DNA of 64,000 bases from the human T2T-CHM13v2.0 reference genome, Homo sapiens. This document shows, piece by piece, positions 1 through 12,471 of this stretch. The stretch lies in the NCBI RefSeq assembly GCF_009914755.1, contig NC_060942.1; one strand, given 5' to 3'. Below the pieces are notes generated by a model. It saw only the letters and a list, made by a program, of their open reading frames with translations. It searched no databases and had not been told where the DNA came from. Within the stretch, counting starts at the first letter, position 1. Each line of letters opens with the position of its first letter. The translations under genes were made by a program, and so were the position numbers.

Positions 1-123
1 ATATTATAAGTGACACAAACAAATGGAAACACCCATGCTCATGGATGGGTAGAACCAATATTGTGAAAATGACCATACTGCCAAAAGCAAGCTACAGAGT
101 CAACTCAGTTCTCATCAAAATAC
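1..123 (+). mobile_element. L1PB-type LINE-1 ORF2 fragment, 5' part, interrupted at 123
   Basis: L1 ORF2-like sequence ending ...ctcatcaaaATAC. It joins cleanly to catcatcattcttcacagaa at 7139 once the insert is removed. Confidence 0.85.
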
Positions 124-148
124 TGATGTGGGTTGGGGGGGAATCTCT

Positions 149-158
149 CAAGATGGCC
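149..158 (+). promoter_or_regulatory. YY1 motif of the L1 internal promoter
   Basis: CAAGATGGCC is intact at the L1 5' end, the established YY1 site position. Confidence 0.7.
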
Positions 159-1505
159 AAATAGTAACAGCTCCAGTCTGCAGCTCCCAGTGAGATCAAT
201 GCAGAAGGCGGGTGATTTCTGCATTTCCAACTGAGGTACCCGGCTCATCTCATTGGGACTGGTTAGACAGTGGGTGCAGCCCCTGGAGGGCAAGCAGAAA
301 CAGGGTGGGGCATTGCCTCACCCGGGAAGCTCAAGGGGTCGGGGAACTCCCTCCCCTAGCCAAGGGAAGCCATGAGGGACTGTGCCGTGAGGGACGGTGC
401 ACTCTGGCCCAGATACTACGCTTTTCTCATCGTCTTCACAACCCACAGACCAGGATATTCCCTTGGGTGCCTACACCACCAGAGCCCTGGGTTTCAAGCA
501 CAAAACTGGGCAGCCATTTGGGCAGACACCGAGCTAGCTGCAGGAATTTTTTTTCATGCCACAGTGGTGCTTGGAATGCCAGAGAGACAGAACCATTCAC
601 TCCCCTGGAAAAGGGGCTGAAGCCAGGGAGCCAAGTGGTCTAGTTCAGTGGATCCCACCTCCACAGAGCCCAGCAAGCTAAGATCCACTGGCTTGAAATT
701 CTTGCTGCCAGGAGAGCAGTCTGAAGTTGACGTGGGACACTGGACTTGGTGGGGGGAGTGGCATCTGCCATTACTGAGGTTTGAGTAAGCGGTTTTCCCC
801 TCACAGTGTGTAACAAAGCCTGGGGGAAGTTCCAATGGGGCGGAGGCCTCCACAGCTCTGCAAAGCCACTGTAGCCAGATTGCCTCCCTAAATTCCTCCT
901 CTCTGGGCAGGGCATCTCTGAAAAAAAGGCAGCAGACCCAGTCAGGGTCTTATAGGTAAAACCCCCATCTCCCTGGGACTCAGCACCAGGGGGAAGGGGT
1001 GGCTGTGGGCATAGCTTTAGGAGACTTAAACGTTCCTTCCTGATGGAACTGAAGAGAGCAGCAAATCTCCTAGCACAGCATTCAAGCTCCACTAAGGGTC
1101 AGACTGCCTCCATAAGTGTAAGGGAGCTCCGCTAAGGGTCAGACTGCCTCCTGACCCCTGTATCTCCTGACTGGGAGACACCTCCCAGCAGGGGCCAACA
1201 GACACCTCATACAGGAGAGCTCTGGCTGGCATCTGACAGGTGCCCCTCTGGGACAAAGCTTCCAGAGGAAGAAACAGGCAGCTATCTTTACTGTTCCGTA
1301 GCCTCTGCTGGTACCCAGGCAAAACAGGGTCTGGAGCGGACCTCCAGCAAACTCCAGCAGACCTGCAGCAGAGGGGCCTGATTGTTAGAAAGAAAACTAA
1401 CAAAAAGAGAGGAAAAGCATCAACATCAAGGAAAAGGACATCCACTCAGAAACCCCATCTGAAGGTCACCAACATGAAAGAACAAAGGTAGATAAATCCA
1501 TGAAG

Positions 1506-2537
1506 ATGGGGAGAAACCAGAGCAAAAAGGCTGAAAATTGCAAAAACTGGAATGCCGAATGCCTCTTCTTATTCAAAGGATCACAACTCCTTACTGGCAA
1601 GGGAACAAAACTGGATGGAGAATGAGTTTGATGAATTCACAGAAGTAGGCTTCAAAAGGTGGGTAATAACAATCTCCTGCGAACTAAAGGATCATGTTCT
1701 AACCCAATGCAAGGAAGCTAAGAATCTTGAAAAAAGGTTAGAGGAATTGCTAAGTGGAATAACCAGTTTAGAGAAGAACATAAATGACCTGATGGAACTG
1801 AAAAACACAGCACGAGAACTTCGTGAAGCATACACAAGTATCAATAGCCAAATCAATCAAGCGGAAGAACGGGTATCAGAGATTGAAGATCAACTTAATG
1901 AAATAAAGCATGAAGAGAAGATTAGAGAAAAAAGAATGAAAAGGAACAAACCAAGTTTCCAAGCAATATGGGACTGTGTGAAAAGACCAAACCTATGTTT
2001 GATTGGTGTACCTGAAAGTGACAAGGAGAATGGAACCAAGTTGGAAAACACACTTAAGGATATTATCCAGGAGAAATTCCCCAACCTAGCAAGACAGGCC
2101 AACATTCAAATTCAGGAAATACAGAGAACACCACAAAGATACACCTTGAGAAGAGCAACCCCAAGACACATAATTTTCAGATTCACCAAGATTGAAATGA
2201 AGGATAAAATGTTAAGGGAAGCCAGAGAGAAAGGTTGCATTACCCACAAAGGGAAGCCCATCAGACTAACAGTGGATCTCTCTGCAGAAACCCTACAATC
2301 CAGAAGAGGGTGGGGGCCAATATTCAACATTCTTAAGAAAAGAATTTTCAACCTAGAATTTCATATCTAGCCAAACTAAGCTTCATAATTCAAGGATAAA
2401 TAAAATCCTTTACAGACAAGCAAATGCTGAGAGATTTTTGTTACCACCAGACCTGCCTTACGAGAGCTCCTGAACGAAGTACTAAACATGGAAAGGAAAA
2501 ACCAGCACCAGCCACTGCAAATCATACCAAATTGTAA
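1506..2537 (+). pseudogene. L1 ORF1p, disrupted
   Basis: ATG at 1506 (MGRNQSKK). A 7-bp duplication gaatgcc-gaatgcc shifts the frame. ORF 1552-2370 matches the ORF1p coiled coil/RRM (RPNLCLIGVPE, RATPRHII). Further frameshift near 2340; TAA at 2535-2537. Confidence 0.9.
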
Positions 2538-2601
2538 AGACCATCAACACTATGAAGAAACTGCATCAACTAACGGGCAAAATAACACAGCTAGCATCAT
2601 A

Positions 2602-5600
2602 ATGCCAGGATCAAATTCACACATAACAATATTAACCTTAAATGTAAACAGGTTAAATGCCCCAATTAAAAGACACAGGCTGACAAATTGGATAAAGAGT
2701 CAAGACCCATCAGTGTGCTGTATTCAGGAGACCCATCTTATGTGCAAAAACACGCATAGGCTCAAAATAAAGGGATAGAGGAATATTTTCCAAGCAAATG
2801 GAAAGCAAAAAAAAAAAAAAAGGAGGGGTCGCAATCCTGGTTTCTGATAAAACAGACTTTAAACCAACAAAGATCAAAAGACACGAAGGGCATTACATAA
2901 TGGTAAAGATATCAATGCAACAAGAAGAGCTAACTATCCTAAATGTATATGCACCCAATACAGGAGCACCCAGATTCATAAAGGAAGTTCTTGGAGACCT
3001 TCAAAGAGACTTAGACTCCCACATAGTAATAGTGGGAGACTTTAACACCCCACTGTCAATATTAGATTGGTGAGATGGAAAATTAGCAAGGATATTCAGG
3101 ACTTGAACTTAGCTCTGCACCAAGTGGACCTAATAGACATCTACAGAACTGTCCCCCCAAATCAACAGAATACACATTCTTCTCAGCACCACGTTGCACT
3201 TACTCTAAAATTGATCACATAATTGGAAGTAAAACACTCCTCAGCAAATGCAAAAGAACGGAAATCATAACAGTCTCTCAGACCACAGTGCAATCAAATT
3301 AGAACTCAGGATTAAGAAACTCACTGAAAGTCGCACAACTACATGGAAACTGAACAATCTCCTCCTGAGTGACTACTGGGTACATAATGAAATTAAGGCA
3401 GAAATAAATAAGTTCATTGAAACCCAGGAGAACAAAGACACAATGTACCAGAATATCTGGGACACAGCTAAAGCAGTGTTTAGAGGGAAATTTATAGCAC
3501 TAAATGCCCACAAGAGAAAGCAGGAAAGATCTAAAATTGGCATCCTAACATCACAATTAAAAGAACTAGAGAAGCAACAGCAAATAAATTCAAAAGCTAG
3601 CAGAAGACAAGAAATAACTACAATCAGAGTAGAACTGAAGGAGACAGAGACACGAAAAACCCTCGAAAAAAATAAATGAATCCAGGATATGGTTTTTTGG
3701 ACAGATCAACAAAATAGATAGACCACTAGCCAGACTAACAAAGCAGAAAAGAGAGAAGAATCAAAAGACACAATAAAAATGATAAAGGGGGTATCACCAC
3801 TGATCCCACAGAAATACAAACTACCATCAGAGAATACTGTACACACCTCTACGCAAATAAACTAGAAAATCTAGAAGAAATGGATAAATTCCTGGACACA
3901 TACACCCTCCCAAGACTAAACCAGGAAGAAGTCAAATCCCTGAATAGACCAATAACAAGTTCTGAAATTGAGGCAGTAATTAATTGCCTACCAACCAAAA
4001 AAAGCCTAGGACCAGACGGACTCACAGCCGAATTCTACGAGAGGTACAAAGACCATTCCTTCCGAAACTATTCCAAACACTAGAAAAAGAGGGAATCCTC
4101 CCTAACTCATTTTATGAGGCCAACATCATCCTGATACCAAAATCTGGCAGAGACACAACCAAAAAAGAAAATTTCAGGCCAGTATGCCTGATGAACATCG
4201 ATGCGAAAATCCTCAATAAAATAATGACAAACCAAATCCAGCAACACATCAAAAAGCTCAACCACCACAATCAAGTCAGCTTCATCCATGGGTTGCAAGG
4301 CTGGTTCAACATACACGAATCAATAAACGTAATCCATTACATAAACAAAACCAATGACAAAACCACATGATTATGTCAATAGATCCAGAAAAGGCTTTTG
4401 ACAAAATTCAACACCTCTTCATGCTAAAAACTCTTAATAAACTAGGTATTGATGGAAAGTATCTCAAAATAATAAGAGCTATTTATAACAAACCCACAGC
4501 CAATATCATACTGAATGGGCAAAAGCTGGAAGCATTCCCTTTGAAAACTGGCACAGGACAAGAATGCCCTCTCTCACCACTTCTATTCAACATAGTATTG
4601 GAAGTGCTGGCCAGGGCAATCAGGCAAGAGAAAGAAATAAAGGGTATTCAAATAGGAAGAGAAGAAGTCAAATTGTCTCTGTTTGCATATGACATGATTG
4701 TATATTTAGAAAACCCCATCATCTCAACCCGAAATCTCCTTAAGCTGATAAGCAACTTCAGCAAAGTCTCAGGATACAAAATCAATGTGCAAAAATCACA
4801 AGCATTTCTATACACCAATAATAGACCAACAGAGAGGCAAACCATGAGTGAATTTACATTCACAATTGCTACAAAGAAAATAAAATACCTAAGACTCTAA
4901 CTTAACAAGGGATGTGAAGGACCTCTTCAAGGAGAACTACAAACCACTGCTCAAGGAAATGAGAGAGAAGACAAACAAATGGAAAAACATTCCATGTTCA
5001 TGGATAAGAAGAAGAACCAATATCATGAAAATGGCCATACTGCCCAAAGTAATTTATAGATTCACTGCTATCCCCATCAAGCTACTATTGACTTTCTTCA
5101 GAGAATTAGAAAAAACTACTTTAAATTTCACATGGAACCAAAAATAGTCCGTATAGTCAAGACAATCTTAAGCAAAAAGAACAAAGCTGGAGGGATCACG
5201 CTACCTGACTTCAAACTATACTACAAGTCTACAGTAACCAAAACAGCATGGTTCTGGTACCAAAACAGATATATAGACCAATGGAACAGAACAGAGGCCT
5301 CAGAAATCACTCCACACGTCTGCAACCATCTGGACTCTGACAAACCCAAGAAAAAGAAGCAATGGGGAAAAGATTCCCTATTTAATAAATGGTGTTGGGA
5401 AAACTGGCTAGCCATATGTAGAAAACCTTTTACAAAAATTAACTCAAGATGGATTAAAGACTTAAACCTAAGACCTAAAACCATAAAAACCCTAGAGGAA
5501 AACCTAGGCAGTACCATTCAGGACAGAGGCATGGGCAGAGACTTCATGAGTAAAACACCAAAAGCAATGGCAACAAAAGCCACCATTGACAAATGGGATC

Positions 5601-6203
5601 TAATTAAACTAAAGAGCTTCTGCACAACAAAAGAAACTATCAGAGTGAACATGCAACCTCCAGAATGCGAGAAAATTTTTGCAATCTATCCATCTGACAA
5701 AGGGCTAATATCTAGAATCTGCAAAGTACTTAAACTTATTTATAAGAACAAAACAGCCCCATCAAAAAGTGGGAAAAAGATTTGAACAGACACTTCTCAA
5801 TAGAAGATATTGATGCAACCAATAAACATGAAAAAAGCTCATCATCAGTGGTCATTAGAGAAATGCAAATCAAAACCACAATGAGATACCATCTCATACC
5901 AGTTAGAATGGCAATCATTAAAAAGTCAGGAAATAACAGATGCTGGAGAGAATGTGGAGACATAGGAATGCTTTTACATTGTTGGTGGAGTGTAAATTAG
6001 TTCCACCATTGTGGAAGACAGTGTGGCAATTCCTAGAAACTAGAAAACCATTTGACCCAGCAATCCCATCACTGGGTATATACCCAAAGGATTATAAATC
6101 ATTCTACTATAAAGACACATGCACACATATGTTTATTGCAGCACTGTTCACAATAGCAAAGACTTGGAACCAACCCAAATGCCCATCAGTGATAGACTGG
6201 ATA
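2602..6203 (+). pseudogene. L1 ORF2p (endonuclease, RT, C-domain), disrupted and truncated
   Basis: [62 protein letters not shown] (FADD mutated), CWRECG..LLHCWW. Many stops and frameshifts. Confidence 0.92.
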
Positions 6204-7134
6204 GGGAAGGGAGCAAAGAAATTCTAGGCAGAAAAGGGATGGGGTTTCTGGTGAAAACCCCACTCTCAAGTTGAAAAGCCTGAAACTGTGAGGACTTACA
6301 TCCCTATTTTCCTGCTTGAATGTTGCCTTTTCCTAAAACACCCATGGCCCCACCCCACCCCATCCTCTGCCCGTAAAAACCCCAGACTCAGCTGGTAGAT
6401 GGGACTACGGCTGGATGTTGGAGAGAAGCAGCTTGACTTCAGAGGGACAGCTTGATGGTGTAACTTCGAAGAAGAATCAGATCAGAGACGGCTGGACTTG
6501 AGGGAAAGATTACCTACCTGCCCCATCCCCTTTTTGTCTCCCCTTCCTGCGGAGAGCCACTTTGATCAGCAGTAAAATCGCCCACAGTTACCATGCTTCA
6601 GTTCATTCATGTGATCTCATTTTTCTTGGACACTGGACAAAAGCTCAGGATCCATTAGTGTAGATACAAAAGGCTGTCACACTAGTTCATTGCCTTCACT
6701 GGCAGAGGGCAGCTGCCTCATGCGAAAAGGCAAAGGGCCCACTGAGCTGTTAACACTTAAGTCATCTGTGGACAGCAGCGTTAAAAGAGCACTGAAGCCT
6801 CTGGGGCTTCAGGAGTGGCAGGCAATCCTGCCTGGATGCTGCTGTGGGGCTTCATGGAGTTTGCCCCTGCCTGTGCTAAAGCATCTAGCTGGTTCCAGCA
6901 CCCACTCACCTGTGTGCTCCCTCCTGCAAGGAGTGGAACACAGCAAGTCTTGAGTGAGTGGAGTTTGATCCCGCTGTCACTGAAGTGGCTAGCCCTTTCC
7001 AGTGCTTGTTGACTCCAGTTCCCGCACCTGTTTGCTTGTGCTCCCTCCCTTGAGGAGTTGAGAGTGGCGGGCTAAGTAAACAAGGCACCCCTGTTGAGAG
7101 TCTCATGAAGGGGTCAGGGAAATATCCTGCTTCA
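6203..7134 (+). mobile_element. ERV1 solo LTR (LTR27/LTR28/MER52 group); its first 4 nt (TGAT) sit at 124-127
   Basis: Homologous to the intact LTR at 14488. Ends cctgcttCA. 4-bp TSD ATAC at 120-123 and 7135-7138. Confidence 0.85.
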
Positions 7135-8672
7135 ATACCATCATCATTCTTCACAGAAGTTAGAAAAAAAAAATTTAAATTCATATGGAACCAAAAAAAA
7201 AGCCTGAATAGCCCAAGCAATACTAAGCAAAAAGAACAAATCTGGAGGCATCACATTACCATGCTTCAAATTATACTACAAGTCTCTAGTTACCAAAACG
7301 GCATGGTACTGGTATAAAAATAGACACATAGAACAATGAAACATAATAGAGAACTCAGAAATAAAGCCAAATACAGCCAACTGAGCTTAGACAAAGCATA
7401 TAAATACATAAAGTGGGGGAAGGACACCCTATTCAATAAATGGTGCTGGGATAACTGGTAAGCCACATGTAGAAGAATGAAAGTGGATCCTCATCTTTCA
7501 CCTTATTTAAAAATCAACTCAACATGTATCAAAGACTTAAATCTAAGACCTGAAACCATAAGCATTCTGGAAAATAACAACAGAAAAACTCTTCTAGACA
7601 TTGGCTTCAGCCAAGAATTTGTGACTAACAACTCAAAAGCAAATGCAACAAAAACAAAAATAAACAAATGGGACCTAATTAAACTAAAAAGCTTCGGCAC
7701 AGCAAGAGAAATAATTAGCAGAGTAAACAGACAACCCACAGAATGGGAGAAAATATTTGCAAACTGTGCATCTGACAAAGGACTAATATCCAGAATCTAC
7801 AAGGAACTCCAACAAATCAGCCAGAAAGAAATAATTCCATCAAAAACTGGGCAAAGGACAAGAATAGATGATTCTTAAAAGAAGATATACAAACAACGAA
7901 CAAACATATGAAAAAATGCTCAACCTCACTACTTATCAGAGAAATGCAAATTAAAACCATAATGAGATATAAGAATGGCCATAATTTAAAAAATTAAAAA
8001 ATAATAGATGTTGGTATGGTTGTGATGAAAAGGGAATTCTTTTATGCTGCTTGTGGGAATGTAAACTAGTACAACCACTATGGAAAATAGTATGGAGATT
8101 CTCTAAAGAACTAAAAGTAGATCTACCATTTGATCCGGCAATCCCACTACTGGGTATTTACCTAATGGAAAAGAAGTCATTATATGAAAAGACACTTGCA
8201 CATGCATGTTTATAGCAGCATAATTTGCGATTGTAAAAATACAGAACCAATATAAATGCCCATCAGCCAATGAGTGGATAAAGAAAATGTGCTATGTATA
8301 CACTGGGAATACAACTCAGCCATAAAATGGAATGAAATAATGGCCTTTGCAGCAATTTGGAGTTGGCAGCCATTATTCTAAGTGAAGTAACTCAGGAATG
8401 GAAAATCAAATACTGTATATTCTAACTTGTAAGTAGGAGCTATCAGGATGCAAAGGCATGAGAGTGATATAATGGACTTTGGGGACGTGGAGGGATGGGT
8501 GGGAGGGTGTGGGTGATAAAAGATGACATATTGGGTACAGTGTACACTGCTCAGGTGACAAGTGCACCAAAATCTCAGAAATCACCGCTGAAGAACTTAC
8601 CCATGTAACTAAACACCACCTGTTCCCAAAAAACTATTAAATTTAGAATACAAAAAAAATAAAAAATAAAAA
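7135..8672 (+). mobile_element. L1PB-type LINE-1, 3' part with 3' UTR and A-rich tail
   Basis: ORF2 C-terminal homology ([10 protein letters not shown]), L1PB-style 3' end (gtgcaccaaaatctcagaaatcacc), A-rich tail at about 8650-8672. Confidence 0.88.
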
Positions 8673-9025
8673 ACACACTTAATAAAATAGTAATTGTTAA
8701 ACAATTCATTAGGTGTAGATAAAACATTTAGACTACAGATAAGGTCAGCATAATACTTAGTGGTTAAATAAGAGAGGCATTCCTATTAAGTTTCCAAACA
8801 AGGCAAGGATCCCACTGTGTTCATTGCTGTTTAATATTACATTGGAGATAATAGCCAATGAAATCAAACAAGGAAAAATAGAGGCTTAAGAATTACACAT
8901 AAGAAGGTGAAACTACCTCTTTACAGATGATACTAGAAAATCCAAACAATCAATGAGAAAACAAACACAGTAAAATAATTCAAATAAGATAGCAGAATAT
9001 AAAATTAACATACAAAAGTCAAAAG

Positions 9026-9147
9026 CCAGGTGTAGTGGTGTGTATCTGTAGTCCCAAACTACTCGTTAGACTGAGGTAGGAGGATCTCTTGATCGCAAGA
9101 GTTTGAGTCTACCTGGGTGAGATAGCAAGACCCCGTCTCTTAAAAAA
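9026..9147 (+). mobile_element. Alu monomer (FLAM-like)
   Basis: gccaggtgtagtggtg...tgtagtccca...gaccccgtctcttaaaaaa. Confidence 0.8.
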
Positions 9148-9579
9148 TTAAGGAAACCCTTAAACTTCTCCTGGAGGGCCCACAAGTAGACTTGAACAAA
9201 TGGATAGTTATAATTTGTTCTTTGATAGGACAACTCATTATCATAAAAATATCAGCTATCTTCAAATTAATAAATTTAATTCAATACTAATAAAAGTGAC
9301 AAAGTTTTACTTTGAGCTTGATGATTTGATTCTAATATCCACATATAAAATAAACGTACAAAAATAGGAAGACCTGACAGTAGAAGAGTAATGGGGAAAT
9401 TGCTTTTTCCAATATGCACACTCTAGAGCCTCTGTAATGAAATAGTGGGTGCTGGCATACGAATTGGTCATCAGAGAAAAAAAATCAGGACATAGACCCA
9501 AGAACACATGGAAATTCACTGTAATAAAAGTGGCTTCTCAAATCAGTGGGAAATGATAGACTTAAAAAAATTAATAGAC

Positions 9580-10945
9580 TATGTTTGATTGTGGTAAAAT
9601 CCATACTACATAAAATTTGCCATCTGAACTATTTTTTAAGGTATACAGTTCACTAGTGTTTTGTCATATTGTTGTGCAACCATTCTCCAGAACTCTTTTC
9701 ACCTTGCTAACCTGATTCTGTACCCATTAACTAACTCCCAGCACCTCCCCATCCCCCAGCCACCGGAAACTATCATTCTACTTTGTGCCTCTCATTTTGA
9801 CTACTCTAGGTATCCCATATAAGGAGAATCATACAATATTTATCTTTTTGTGACTGGCTTATTTCACTTAGGGTAATGTCCTTAAGGTTCATGCATGTGG
9901 CATGTCAGAATTTCCTTCCTTTGTAAGGATGAATAATGTTCCATTGTATGTGTATGTACCACATTTTGTCTGTCCATTTATTTATCAGTAGACTCTTGGG
10001 TTGCTTCTACTTTTTGGCTGTGATGAATGATTCTGCAATGAACATGGGTATACAGATTTCTCAGGACCATGCTTTGAATTCTTTTTGATATATACTCAAA
10101 TGGAATGCAGGATCATAGGGTAATTCTATTTTAAACTTTTTGAGGGACTTCCATACTCTTTACCACAGAGACTATAATATTTTACATTCTCACCAATAGT
10201 GTGAAAGGGTTCCGGTTTCTCCACATCATCATCAACACTTATTATTTTCTTTTTTTTTTTTGATATTAGCTATTCCAGTGGGCATGAGGTGATATCTGAT
10301 TGGGTTTTGATTTGCGTTTCCCTAATGATTAATGATGTTTGGCATCTTTTTATATTCTTTTTGGCCATTTGTATATCTTCTTTGGAGGAATGTCTATTCA
10401 AGTCCTTTGGCTATTTTATAATTGGATTTTTTGTTATTGTTGATTTTTAGGACTTCTTCATATGTTCTGTATATTAACTCTTTATTAGATACATGATTTG
10501 TAAGTATTTTCTCTCATTCTATGGGTTGCCTTTTCACTTTGTTGATTGTGACTTTTGATACAAATAATTTTTATATTTTGATGTAATCCATTTTATCTAT
10601 TTTTATTGTTGTTACCAGTGATTTTAGTGTCATAGCCAAGAAATCAATGCCAAATCCAATGTCATGATGAGTGATACAGTTTCACCTCTTTCATTTGGGT
10701 CTTTGATACATTTTGAGTTAATTTTTGATTATGATATAAGGCAAGAGTGAAAATTCATTATTTTTGCACGTGGATATCCAGTTTATTCAGTACCGTTTGT
10801 TGAAAAGACTGTTCTTTTACCACTGAATGTTTTTGACACACTTGTCAGAAATTACTCAATCATATATGCCAGGGTTTACTTCTGGGCTCTCTATTCTGTT
10901 TCATTACTCTGTCTGTGTTTATGCCAGTACTACATTGTTTTAGTT
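9580..10945 (-). mobile_element. L1MB-type LINE-1 3' fragment
   Basis: Reverse-strand L1 3' UTR/ORF2 motifs (tgtgactggcttatttcacttag; ttttgatttgcgtttccctaatgat). Confidence 0.8.
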
Positions 10946-10949
10946 TGAT

Positions 10950-11455
10950 TTTATTTTTTAAGAAGTTTCAAGTTTACAGAAATAATCAAATGAAATGTAT
11001 AGAGTTCCTATATATTCCTTCTCCCCACCAGTTTTCCTTTGTTCTTAAAATCTTGAATTTGTGTAGTGTATTTGTTGTAATTGCATAGGCAATATTGAGA
11101 GATTACTGTTAATGAAGGTCCATAGTTTACATTAGGATTCACTGTTTGTATTGTATATGCTATGGGGTTTGACAAGTATGTAAGGACATGTGTCTAGCAT
11201 TACAGTATCATACATAAAACAAGTTTTACTGCTCTAAAAATCTTCTGTGCTCTGCTTATTCACCCTTTTGTCCCACTAATCTCTGGCAACCACTAATCTG
11301 CTTTCTGTCTCCATAGTTTTGGCTTTTCCAGAATGTCATATTGTTGGAATCATACAGTGTATAGTCTTTTCAGATTGGCTTCTTTCACTGAGCAATAAGC
11401 ATTTAAGGTTCCTCTGTGTTTTTTGGTGGCTTGATGGCCCATTTCTTTTTATTTG
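10950..11455 (-). mobile_element. L1MC-type 3' fragment
   Basis: ctggcaaccactaatctg...ttttccagaatgtcatattgttggaatcatacag, typical of L1MC 3' ends. Confidence 0.65.
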
Positions 11456-12028
11456 AAAAGATAGACTTTTAATAAGTTGTGTTGGAACACCTAGATAATC
11501 ATTTGGTAAATATGAAGTAGGAGACATACTGTACACCGTACACCATCATAAAATCCAGATGGGTCAGACATCTAATTGTAGAAAAAAAGAAAAGAAAAAT
11601 CAAGAAAAAAAGTGAAGCCAGATAAATACTAAAATAAAATGTGGGTAAATTCACTTATAAATTGGATATAAAGAAAGCCTTTCTATAACTCAAAACCAAG
11701 ATGAAATAAAAGAAAAGATTGACAGGTTTGCCAGTGGCAACATAAAAACTTTCAAGAAAAAGTTGCATGAAGAAAACTACCATAAGCAAAACCAAAAGAC
11801 AAATCATAAACTGGGAATAAATGTTTACAACACATCATATATAAAGGGATAATCTACCTAATATTAAAGGATTCTTAAAAATCAGAGAACACAGGAGAAA
11901 CTTAAGAGACAAAGGGATAAAACAGGGACAGAGAGTTCATGTAAATCGGTACGCAAATGGCTTTTAGACCTATGAGAAGGTGTTCAAGTTCACTTATAAT
12001 AGGAGAAATGCAAATTAGAATGGCACTA

Positions 12029-12471
12029 TGTAACTAAACTCAGGTCTGAGCCACTTGAAAACCAAAAACTCAAGAGACAAGTTTTGGTGAATGGAAAGTT
12101 AGTTTTTTTTTCCAAGAAGCCAGCAACTCCAGGAAGTCAGTGAACTAGCGTTTGAAGACCGCCTTTCTAAGTTGTGAATCTAGATCAGGAGTTTTTAAGG
12201 GAAATAGGGGAAATGATGATCAGAGCATTCTTGTGAACATGCATAGTATCAGGTGGCTGTTAATCATTGCTTTTTCTTGGTGAAAGTCTTGTGGCCTCCT
12301 ACAGGCTATTCTTAACAGGCTGGTCAGCCCATTCCCAGCGCTGCTGGTATTTTCTTTTATCTTTCTTGAACGTCCTGTTTTCCTGAGGCTGTATTAGATG
12401 AATAATCTACAAACTCATGCAAAATAATAATTACATTCAAGCAAGCAAGCTTTTTCTAACATGGAGTCAGT
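12029..12471 (-). mobile_element. ERV LTR fragment inserted in L1M, family uncertain
   Basis: Starts TGTAAC and interrupts the L1 motif gaaatgcaaatta...agataccat. Right end is degraded. Confidence 0.55.

Larger units (their letters stand above)
128..6203 (+). mobile_element. LINE-1 (L1PA7/L1PA8-like), 5'-complete, lacking 3' UTR and poly(A), inactive
   Basis: G-rich start, caagatggcc, ~1.4-kb 5' UTR, ORF1 and ORF2 homology in many broken frames. Stops at gatagactggata with no tail. Confidence 0.95.

Noticed and set aside
105-1491. ORFs in the L1 5' UTR as ORF0 or novel peptides
   Set aside because: They are incidental frames of L1 UTR sequence. I could not recognise an intact ORF0.
1506-6203. 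Retrotransposition-competent L1
   Set aside because: Many frameshifts and stops, RT motif FADD changed to FAYD, and no 3' end.
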